DNA of 64,000 bases from Oceanispirochaeta sp. (lineage in GTDB: Bacteria; Spirochaetota; Spirochaetia; DSM-2461). Every line of letters begins with the position of its first letter. The stretch's first letter is position 1. Positions 46,433 through 55,500 of this stretch are shown one piece after another. Where the stretch lies: assembly GCA_963663385.2 (NCBI GenBank), contig CAXXXD010000004.1, positions 832,001 through 896,000 of the forward strand, written 5' to 3'. The translations under genes and the position numbers were made by a program. The notes beneath the pieces were generated by a model. It saw only the letters and a program-made list of their open reading frames with translations, did no database searches and had not been told where the DNA came from.

Positions 46433-46878
46433 TCCTTTCCCTGTACAATTTTCAGCAGATCTTCAGACTTCCCGCTGAACTCACTTATCAGGTAGTTCGT
46501 CAGGTTGCTGATTCTCTTTGCCGTATCCTGATCAATGGAGTGTTCAATCTTGCAGGCTTCCTGCTGAGACTGTTCCGTTTCCAATAGAAGGACCTCTTCC
46601 AGGAATTTAACGAGAATCTGATGCTTTCCGAAGATGGATCGGGCAATTTCGCTTCCTTTGGGAGTAAGGTTGATAAAGGAGTTCTTTTCATACTCTATCA
46701 ACTCTTTGGATTTGAGATTTTTCAGTGCGCCCGTGACCGAAGGCATCTGGACGGATAGCTTTTCTGCAATATCTTTTACCCTGGCCACTCTGTTCTTCTC
46801 TTCCAGTTGGAGTATGGCCTCCAGATAGTCTTCCAGACTGGGGGTTAATCTAATTTTTTTATCCATAATAATATTCAT
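46429..46878 (-). CDS. DtxR/MntR/TroR-family metal-dependent regulator
   Basis: EDYLEAI, ARVKDIA, PSVT, H..L..FL, EACKIEH; ATGA overlap with pyrK. Confidence 0.92.
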   Translation of the reverse strand: MNIIMDKKIRLTPSLEDYLEAILQLEEKNRVARVKDIAEKLSVQMPSVTGALKNLKSKELIEYEKNSFINLTPKGSEIARSIFGKHQILVKFLEEVLLLETEQSQQEACKIEHSIDQDTAKRISNLTNYLISEFSGKSEDLLKIVQGKE

Positions 46879-46926
46879 ACCAGATTAGGGGATAAAAAAC
46901 AAGAAAAAACCATAGCTGTCACTAAC

Positions 46927-47463
46927 TTACTTAGTTTTTCGCGCCTTTCGTATATACCATTGAACGTCCCATTCCAGGTGTTTCCACCAGGGCTGTTTCT
47001 CTTCCCAAAGTATTTTCAGCAGGACATAACGGTATGTCTGCCATGTTTTCCGGGGAACCGCCGGGAGGGTGGCTGCGCGGGGCCGTGTCCCGGGGTAGCC
47101 GGCCGGGTGCAGAAGAAGGCCGTTCCAGTTGAAAAGAGACTCGGCTTTGGACACAGGTCTTTTCTTTCCATTAATCCCCCGGAGGCAGGATGCGGCAGAG
47201 CTCCGGAGTTCCGGATCCGCCAGTGCCAGGACAATACCCGCATCTGCCGCCAGGGAACGGTCAAATGTAATTGATGGAAGATCTCTTAACTTTTCTCTAT
47301 CTACCCTGTCGGGAGGGAAAGGATCTGTAAATCCGGCCAGGGGGATCATAAGAGGGAGGGGGTAGGCGAAACCATATTCTTGCTCCATAGTATTAATGTA
47401 TGACTGAAGAGGGGCTTCACTCCCTTCCGAAAGCATCAGAGCAGTTATATACTCATAGTTCAT
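46927..47463 (-). CDS. Hypothetical protein
   Basis: 178-aa ORF co-oriented with the regulator-pyr operon. Confidence 0.6.
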   Translation of the reverse strand: MNYEYITALMLSEGSEAPLQSYINTMEQEYGFAYPLPLMIPLAGFTDPFPPDRVDREKLRDLPSITFDRSLAADAGIVLALADPELRSSAASCLRGINGKKRPVSKAESLFNWNGLLLHPAGYPGTRPRAATLPAVPRKTWQTYRYVLLKILWEEKQPWWKHLEWDVQWYIRKARKTK

Positions 47464-47505
47464 CTGTTCATCATACCGGGGAGACCCTTTTTGGAGAAGA
47501 GAAAT

Positions 47506-49059
47506 ATGTCCGTAAGCAGAAAGTCAGTTTTTATAGCCCTTATTCCGACTCTTATTTTCGGATTAACCGGGGTTTTAGGAGCTTTCCCTGTCAGTCAGGA
47601 ATCATCCAATCCCTATCTGATAGACCGGGAAAGGAGTGCGGACGCTCCTGTTCCTCCCTTTGAAGGGGATTCCGAGCAGATTCTCCGGTTTTATCCGCCG
47701 GTCGCTGCAGATACAGGCAGGGCTCTGCGGGTTTATACTTCCCCCCGGGAACGCCGGAAAATTACCCTGCTGACAGCCGGGGATTCCCGGGAGATTCTCC
47801 TCCCTCAAACTGAAATTCCCCTTCCCATATATTTACACTTGTCCCCGGATCAGCTGCTGACAGGAATCCTCCTGCCGGAGGACCTCCCAGTTGAGATGCA
47901 GCCGGTCTGGCTGGATTCCCGGAGGGGGGCTCCTTCTGTTCCTGAAATATATCTGGATAATCCGGAGGTCCTGTATTACTCTCCTCCCGCAGAGGACCGA
48001 TCGGGAGATTTCTTTTATAGTCTGAAGCTGAAAAATTCCGGTCTTCTGCATTTTGAAGGTCTGGAAGAAGCAGGGCTGGTTTTCAAACCTTTTCCCGCTG
48101 CCCGCTGTATCGCTCTGTACCCTGATGCAGACAGCAGCGGGTCAGTATCCGTAACTCCTTTGTCAGCCCTGGAATTTCTGGAATTTGAAAAAAACGGAAT
48201 CCCGGACTTTCCCGTCCCTCTTTCGAAGGGATTGGGCGGTATTCTGGACACTCCTCTGGGGGCATGGCGAAACCCGGATTTTGAACTGTACAGCTGGACC
48301 CTCTTTCCGGATATCCTGATCTGGGACTGCCAGAACTATGACATTCAGAACCGATTCTTCAGACGCCTCTCCTATTTTGTAGAAAAGAAGGGGTTTCGAG
48401 GTTCCCTGATGACCAACGGGGAACTGGAAGGGATGCATGGATGGAATGCTCACGATTACCGCCCGGAAGATCTGGCCCGGTTCTATACGGTTGCGGATGC
48501 ACAGGATTTCCCTCTTTATCAGGAAGAGGTGCTGATGAAGGATATCCTGATCCGGAACGGTATCATATTGAAAAATCCCGAAGGGGGGTACAGTGAAGGA
48601 AAGGGTGCCGTGCTGTCCATCTCCCGGGAAACTTCGGAAATCCTGAGAGAACGTTTTCTGGTGCATGAATCATCTCACGGGCTCTATTTTACCTCCGCCG
48701 GGTACAGGGATTTTGTTCTGAGTGTATGGGAGGGACTGGAGGAGGAAGACCGTTCCCTGTGGCGTTTCTTTCTGGGATGGCACGGATATGATCCGGAAGA
48801 TGAAGATTTAATGGTTAATGAATTTCAGGCTTATCTGGTACAGCAGCGGGTGGAAGATGCCTCTGAATACTTCAATATCAGGATGAAGAATCTTCTCAGG
48901 CTTTACCCTGCTCAGGAATCTCTTTTAAGCCGGGGAATTGGTGAAAAAAGCGAATCCTTTCGTATATGGTCCGGGATAATCAGTCACTGGCTTATGGAAA
49001 AATGGGGTTTGGAACCGGGAGATTTCTTCCCGCTATATAAGGAATTGCCACAAAAATAA
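47506..49059 (+). CDS. Exported hypothetical protein with HEXXH zincin-like motif
   Basis: Signal peptide; FLVHESSHG with downstream NEFQAY. Confidence 0.7.
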   Translation: MSVSRKSVFIALIPTLIFGLTGVLGAFPVSQESSNPYLIDRERSADAPVPPFEGDSEQILRFYPPVAADTGRALRVYTSPRERRKITLLTAGDSREILLPQTEIPLPIYLHLSPDQLLTGILLPEDLPVEMQPVWLDSRRGAPSVPEIYLDNPEVLYYSPPAEDRSGDFFYSLKLKNSGLLHFEGLEEAGLVFKPFPAARCIALYPDADSSGSVSVTPLSALEFLEFEKNGIPDFPVPLSKGLGGILDTPLGAWRNPDFELYSWTLFPDILIWDCQNYDIQNRFFRRLSYFVEKKGFRGSLMTNGELEGMHGWNAHDYRPEDLARFYTVADAQDFPLYQEEVLMKDILIRNGIILKNPEGGYSEGKGAVLSISRETSEILRERFLVHESSHGLYFTSAGYRDFVLSVWEGLEEEDRSLWRFFLGWHGYDPEDEDLMVNEFQAYLVQQRVEDASEYFNIRMKNLLRLYPAQESLLSRGIGEKSESFRIWSGIISHWLMEKWGLEPGDFFPLYKELPQK

Positions 49060-49098
49060 CCGCTTAAGAGAATTAATGGGAATTCCTTCGCTTTCGGG

Positions 49099-49127
49099 TT
49101 TACATAGTTTTGTCTATTTGGTATATT
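49099..49127 (+). promoter_or_regulatory. Sigma70-type promoter of rpmB
   Basis: TTTACA-17 bp-TATATT with a TG extended -10. Confidence 0.55.
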
Positions 49128-49174
49128 TCTTCACGCTCAATCAATTAAGAAAGAAGCAAAGGTAGGAAATAGAT

Positions 49175-49402
49175 ATGTCCAGAAAATGCGAAATCTGTGG
49201 AAAAGGTACAGTCGCGGGACACAGCGTACCACGGAAGGGTCTTCCGAAGAAAAAAGGCGGAGCCGGACAGCACATCGGTGTTAAGTCTAAAAGAACCTTC
49301 AAGCCTAACCTTTTGAAGGTAAAAGCTCTTATTAACGGTACTCCCAAGTCCATGAAAATCTGTACCCGCTGTTTAAAAGCCGGTAAGGTTGTCAAAGCGT
49401 AA
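49175..49402 (+). CDS. rpmB: 50S ribosomal protein L28 (Zn-ribbon form)
   Basis: MSRKCEICGK, KRTFKPNL, KICTRCLK. Confidence 0.96.
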   Translation: MSRKCEICGKGTVAGHSVPRKGLPKKKGGAGQHIGVKSKRTFKPNLLKVKALINGTPKSMKICTRCLKAGKVVKA

Positions 49403-50156
49403 GGTTGAATACCTGCCCGTCGTAAGCGGGCTCCACATTCAGGTCTTTCAGATCCCTTTTCAGCTGGAAATGATCGACCTCATGACATATATGTGTCAGA
49501 TAAGCCCGTTCAGGGCTTATTTTTTTTATAACTTCCAGAGCTTCGGGGATACAGAAATGTGTTTCATGGGGTTTAAACCGGGGTGCTCCCAGCACCAGAT
49601 GGCTCAATCCTTCCAGCAGGGGCCAGGATGTTTCCGGAATTCTGCTGCAATCCGTTATATAGGCGAAATCCCCAATCCTGAATCCCAGTATGGCAAGTAT
49701 CCCGTGAAATACGGGGATGGGGATTACTTTCATTTTTCCTAGAGTGAAAGACTCTGTCCCGATTGTATGAAGGCTGATTTTCGGGGTTCCCCCTCCTTTC
49801 TGGAGGGGATTGAAGATATAGGGGAAGCGTGCCCTTATATCATTGCAGACATCCTCTCTGGCATAAACGGGAATTTCCCTGTTTACGGTGAAAGGACGGA
49901 TATCATCCAATCCATGCAGATGATCCGCATGACTATGGGTGTACAGAACGGCATCCAGCCTGTGGATCCCGGTTTTTACGGCCTGCAGCCTGAATTCCGT
50001 GGCCGTATCAATCAGAATAGCCGTATCACCTTCCCTGATATAAACGGAACAGCGGGAGCGTTTGTTCTCTTTTACTTCGGATCGGCAGACTTCGCAATTG
50101 CAGTTTACAACGGGTATCCCGTGGGATGTTCCGGTTCCAAGGAGTGTTACTTGCAT
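49392..50156 (-). CDS. MBL-fold metallo-hydrolase (PhnP/YycJ-like)
   Basis: LGTGTSHGIP, CNCEVC, THSHADHLHG, AYITD, THICH. Confidence 0.92.
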   Translation of the reverse strand: MQVTLLGTGTSHGIPVVNCNCEVCRSEVKENKRSRCSVYIREGDTAILIDTATEFRLQAVKTGIHRLDAVLYTHSHADHLHGLDDIRPFTVNREIPVYAREDVCNDIRARFPYIFNPLQKGGGTPKISLHTIGTESFTLGKMKVIPIPVFHGILAILGFRIGDFAYITDCSRIPETSWPLLEGLSHLVLGAPRFKPHETHFCIPEALEVIKKISPERAYLTHICHEVDHFQLKRDLKDLNVEPAYDGQVFNLTL

Positions 50157-50402
50157 AGTGTTTTATCCTAGCAGATCCCCGAAGAGAGAGAAAGCCCCCG
50201 GACCGGATCATTTCCCGTGCAGAAATCTGTTCGGGGCGTCCTCCTTTTCAGTATGCCGAAGTATCGGTCAGTAATGGTTATGGCAATGCAGGTGGAATCG
50301 GGAATAAACTCACATCTAATTAAGAGATAAAAAGTTAATTGGTTTTCATTTTCTTAAAATATGATACTATGGTGTATATTATAAAGTAAAAGAAGGGACC
50401 CC

Positions 50403-52595
50403 ATGAAATCATTCCTCACGAGGTTTGCATTATATCTCTCTTTGATGCTGTTCCCGGTCATATTTCTGTTTCCGCAATCCCGGGCGACCATTAATGAAAC
50501 GGGTGGTACAGCTGTTCGCAGCTACGGAGTGGATTATAACGATAAATACCGCTCTCCTCTGGGGATTGGCATTGAATATCAGAGCGTTTCTCCCATCTCC
50601 CTGAAATACGATGAAGAGTACCGCTTTACCGATTTGGCCCTCTCTTTTAAATATTCCTTTAAAAACAGACCCGTTCTGCAGCCCTTCGGTGCTGTGGGGA
50701 TCCAGTTGGTCTCTCCTTTGAAAGTCTCTACGGAAATAACAGATGCGGAAAAATTTTCTCATAACCTGTATTACGGCACCCTTGGACTGGCTTATGCCAC
50801 CAAGCTGAATAAACAGCTGGAAATGGGAGGGGATCTGTTTGCCGGTTTCGGCCAGGCTGTTTATGATGAAATAGACCAGGTAAACAATGAATCAAAAGGG
50901 GCTGCCGAAATTCTGGCGGGTGCGGGCGGCAATGTGGCGTTCAATCTCAGCTATAATCTCAGTCTGAGTTTTCATCCGACCATTCGCTACCGTTACTCCC
51001 TGTCTCCTATGGACCGTTACGACGGATTTGCCTTCGGGTTGGGATTCAGTGCCAGCTACCGTGTCGGAGAAGATCCGGATGCTCCTCAGGCCGAGCTGAG
51101 GAGCATCAAGTTCGGGGAATTCCATATGCCTCCCCTGTTTGCGTCCATGCAGAGCTACTATACGAAACACCCGGTTGCTGAGGTGGAAATTACCAATATC
51201 GAGAAGCATACCATTCAGGATGTGGACATCCGTTTTATGCAGGCCGGTTTTATGGATGCCCCCACAAAGGCGGATACCATTCCGGAGCTGGGGCCGGGCG
51301 AAACCGCTACAGTGAACATTTTTACGGCTTTTAATCAGGAAGTCTTTTCAACAGAGGGGATTACGCCCCTGGTCGGAGAGCTGATGGTGGACTACCTCTC
51401 CCGGGGGAATGCGGGACGCCAGGTTCTGACTGTCTCCTATGATCTGTACGATAAAGAGTCTCTTACCTGGGATGACGACCGGAAAATGGCCGCTTATATC
51501 ACCCCCTCCGATTCGGCCCTGCGGAACTATGCCAGTTTTGTCCGTCAGAGTTCCAAGGATGTGGAAAACCCCGGTCTCAACAGCGCCCTTCAGACAGGGC
51601 TTCAGATCTACTACGGACTGACCGAAATAGGCTGTATCTATCAGAAAGACCCCACCTCTCCCTTTGATGCGGCTCAGGAGAACCCTCTGGTTATTGATGC
51701 GGTAAGCCTCCCCCGGAGTACCCTGAAGAGGGGAACCGGAGACTGTGACGACCTGACCGCACTCTACTGCAGCCTGCTGGAATCAGTGGGAATCGAAACG
51801 GCGTTTATCACAACGCCGGGGCATATCTATGCAGCCTTCAATACGGGGGAACAGGCCCGAAATTACCAGATGATCCATCCCGACAAGAACCGGACCCTCA
51901 ATATTGACGGTGATGTCTGGGTCCCCGTGGAGATTACCATGATAGGTTCAACCGGGTTTTCCGATGCCTGGAAGGTCGGTGCGGAGGAGTTCATGAAATA
52001 CGAGGACTCTCCGGAGAAACGGGGATTGTACAGAACAAGGGAAGCCCAGGATATCTACAGGCCTGTCGGGTTGAAAGAGACCGATCTGGGGCTGCAGTAC
52101 GGTGAGAAAGCGGTTATCGCCAGGATCGTCTCAACCGAAACAACAACCCTTGTGAACAGTATTATCGATTCTTATGATCAGGAAGCGCGGCGAAAAGACA
52201 GTAAAAGCGCCTACAACCAGCTTGGAACAATCTGCGCCCAGTTCGGTCAGTATAACCGGGCGGAACAGGCTTTCAACTATGCCCTTGCCCTGGACCGGAA
52301 CTACCTGCCTTCCAAAATGAACCTGGCCAATGTCTTTTTTCTCAAAGGGCAGTATCAGAATGCCCTGCGGCTCTATCACAACGTGGAACAGGACTATCTG
52401 ACCCGGAACAGAACAACATCCACTGCCTATGCCCGGGTTCTGCTGAACCTGGCGCGCAGTTACTATGAACTGGAAAACTATGACAAGTCCGGTGAATACG
52501 CCGGGCGGCTGAGGGATCTGGATCCGGATCTGCTCAGGGACTATTCCTACCTGGAAGATGACGGCGGACCCTCGCTGTCGGGAGGAGCCTCATGA
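50403..52595 (+). CDS. Predicted outer-membrane beta-barrel + Ig-like + transglutaminase-like + TPR protein
   Basis: Signal peptide; about 8 amphipathic strands ending GFAFGLGFSASYRV; GDCDD (C448), PGHIYAAF (H474), WVPVE (E510); 3 C-terminal TPRs. Confidence 0.8.
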   Translation: MKSFLTRFALYLSLMLFPVIFLFPQSRATINETGGTAVRSYGVDYNDKYRSPLGIGIEYQSVSPISLKYDEEYRFTDLALSFKYSFKNRPVLQPFGAVGIQLVSPLKVSTEITDAEKFSHNLYYGTLGLAYATKLNKQLEMGGDLFAGFGQAVYDEIDQVNNESKGAAEILAGAGGNVAFNLSYNLSLSFHPTIRYRYSLSPMDRYDGFAFGLGFSASYRVGEDPDAPQAELRSIKFGEFHMPPLFASMQSYYTKHPVAEVEITNIEKHTIQDVDIRFMQAGFMDAPTKADTIPELGPGETATVNIFTAFNQEVFSTEGITPLVGELMVDYLSRGNAGRQVLTVSYDLYDKESLTWDDDRKMAAYITPSDSALRNYASFVRQSSKDVENPGLNSALQTGLQIYYGLTEIGCIYQKDPTSPFDAAQENPLVIDAVSLPRSTLKRGTGDCDDLTALYCSLLESVGIETAFITTPGHIYAAFNTGEQARNYQMIHPDKNRTLNIDGDVWVPVEITMIGSTGFSDAWKVGAEEFMKYEDSPEKRGLYRTREAQDIYRPVGLKETDLGLQYGEKAVIARIVSTETTTLVNSIIDSYDQEARRKDSKSAYNQLGTICAQFGQYNRAEQAFNYALALDRNYLPSKMNLANVFFLKGQYQNALRLYHNVEQDYLTRNRTTSTAYARVLLNLARSYYELENYDKSGEYAGRLRDLDPDLLRDYSYLEDDGGPSLSGGAS

Positions 52596-55500
52596 TTATA
52601 AAAAGTATTATTCTGAAAAATATAATTCTTCTGTTGTCAGCAGTGATACTGCTGACATTTATCTCCTGTCCGCAACCCTTGTCGGATGATGATGTTGTAG
52701 CAGCCCAGGATGACCTGGCGCCGTCCATTGTTATCTTCACCCCTTCGGACAGTGACATCTATTACTCCTCTGTCGATTTTACCCTGAGTGTTACGGATGA
52801 TGCGGAATCGGCGGAAGATAATAAGGGGGATCTGGCATCTATCTCCTTTGATATTTCCAATGACGACCTGAGGGGGGGGAAGGTCCTGATTGATCCGGAG
52901 GGTGTACAGACTCAGGATGCCAGTTTCGGACCGGATCAGATTGTGTATGATGCGGCAAGCGGAACAGCTTCGTTCTCCTTTTCCACCATTGAACCCAATA
53001 TCATGTCCGGGCTGATGTCCATTACCATTAAGGCGGAAGACCGGAACGGTAATATTACGACCGAAACCATTACTCTGGCAGACAGCGAGGGGCCCTGGCT
53101 GGAGTATACCATTACCGATCTGGCCACCAATGAGGAGAGGAGTTATACCGAAGATACAACTATCCGTTTGGAGGGAACTCTGGGGAATTCCGAGGAGGAT
53201 CAGGAGACGGCGGACCAGATAACCCATATCAGCTGGTCTGTATTGGGCAAGGCCTGGAGCGGGACCCTGGAAATTGATCAGGATGCTACCTATAAGGACC
53301 CCGGTACGGGGGAAACCCTGAACTACTACAATGAACCCCTGGCCCGGTACGAGCGGCTGAACGAGGGGGTTGTCTACCCTGAGCTGTTTATCTACGATCC
53401 GGAAACCCGGACTTTTTCCACGGAGATTGCCATCCCCTTCGGGGCGGGGACCGTACTGCCTTTTGAAGTGACTGTTACCGATCTGAATGAGCACGAAAGC
53501 ACCCTGACCATCAATGCTTTTTCCAATGAGTCGGGTCCGGAGATTGTGATTAACTATCCGACGAATGATTCTGTTGCGTATTACAGTGGTCAAGACCATG
53601 GTTCGGGGACATATTATGCTAATGCTATAACGGGGTTTATCAATGGCGGTACGGCTGATCTTGCCAGTCTGAAATACTCCATTACCAATTCGGTGGGAGA
53701 TAAAACCTATACAAGCGGCAACATTATGGATACGGCTTTCAGCGGCTCCAATGATTTCTCTGTTGATATCAGCGCCGGCCTGGCTGCTACGGTTGATTCC
53801 GGTAATGCATCTAATCCGATTGCCCCGGGGGATGGCACTATTACAGTTACTCTTATTGCCATTAATGATGATAATAACGAATCCCGGCCCAAGGTTACTC
53901 TGTCTGAGGACAGCACGGGGCCGAGTGTATCGATCAGTTCCTTTGTTTGTAATGTAGGCAGCACTGGATATGCTAAAAACGGTGATTCGGTTACTTTGAG
54001 CTGTACTGCCAGCGATGCTATATCAGGGTCTACAGTCAATGCTTCTGCTGCTGTTATTAATGGCTCAGCTGCCACGCTCAGTGGGTTGACGGCGACTTCT
54101 TCTCCCTTGACCGGTGTAAGTGACGGGAATTTGGCTTACTCCATGACGGTTGTGGATCATCTGAACAATGCGACAACCGTAACCCAGGCGAGTGGCGGCT
54201 CACATCAGGTGATGCATTATGCCGGCGATCCGGATGCTACCCATCTGGAAGGAAGCGGTTTGACATCAACCGATGCGGATGCGACCTACAGCGGGTATGC
54301 CGTTGCCGGTGAGAATATCTATGTGGATATGGATTTTGACCGTGTAATAACGGGAATAAGCAATATCTCAACCGGTAGTTTTACCCCGTCTGTTACCATG
54401 AATTACGGGGGAGACAGCTCCAAAGCCAGAATAACCCTAGTGCGTTCTGATGCGGTTCAGGGGATTCCGGCCAATTTCTCTTTTGATGTAACCGATGCGG
54501 CTGGTAATGTGACGTCTGTGGGAGAGGGGAACTCCATTGATCAGGGGGATGTGACCGGAGGACTGGTTATCTACGATGCCGTAGCGCCGGCTACGCCGGC
54601 CGGTCTGGACCTGGATGCGGCGGACGACAGCTCTCTGGCCGGTTACATTGGAAGTGATTCGGATAATTATACAAGTAGCAGCAGCGGCCTGACCATTTCC
54701 GGTTCGGGGGAAACAGGCAGTGTTTTAACCCTGACCAGCTCAATAGACGGGTCCGTATTCACAAATACGGTTGCCGGAGGAGCCTGGACAACGGCAGATA
54801 CCCTTTCTCTCTCTGAAGGAACGCACTCTCTGACAGCCCGGGCTGTTGACCCGGCGGGGAATGTTTCCGGAACGTCGACCGCTTTGAGTTTGACAATCGA
54901 TACGACACCGCCGGCTGCTCCGGGAAGTATTCATTTGAATCCTGCTTCCGATACGGCCGGAGGGGCAGGTACGACTTCCGACAGGATTACCAGTCTCGAT
55001 ACAGTCACCTTTGATGATGGCGGGGGTGATGGCGCAATGACATCGCCCGATTCAGGATTGCGCTACATCCTGTATAAAGAAAGTGTCAGACAAACTGGTT
55101 CCATTCAAATTGATACGGTTGACGGTGACTGGAGCAAGAGCGCTACTCTTACCAATAATGAAGACTATGTGGCCTATAACTACCAGCTGAAAGCGGTAGA
55201 CCTCGCCGGGAATGAATCCCTGACTTCAGCGGATATAACAATTTATCATGATGATGTGGCTCCGGGTGCCCCCGGTCTGGCTCTGGATAGTACTGATGAT
55301 ACGGGCATATCCGATTCGGACGGAATTACCAATCAGCTTTCCGGTCTTACCATCAGAGGAAGTCTGACAGATAATGATACCCAGGAAAGGGTTTATATTA
55401 CGGCAGCAAATCGGGATACAACGCTATCTATTGCAGGTTGGAATGGAAGTTTTGATGATGAGTCAGGAGCTGCCTGGTCCTTTAGCGGATCATTGAACTC

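Noticed and set aside
50160..50400. Possible riboswitch (e.g. c-di-GMP) or sigma54 promoter ahead of the envelope operon
   Set aside because: Only generic GC hairpins; no c-di-GMP-I consensus and the TGGC at 50281 lacks a correctly spaced GC
52637..53599. 320-aa minus-strand ORF, and similar long antisense ORFs at 14765-15562, 18135-18869, 60630-61445, 44451-45308 and 1885-2583
   Set aside because: They lie opposite well-supported genes and have no motifs; expected from codon bias
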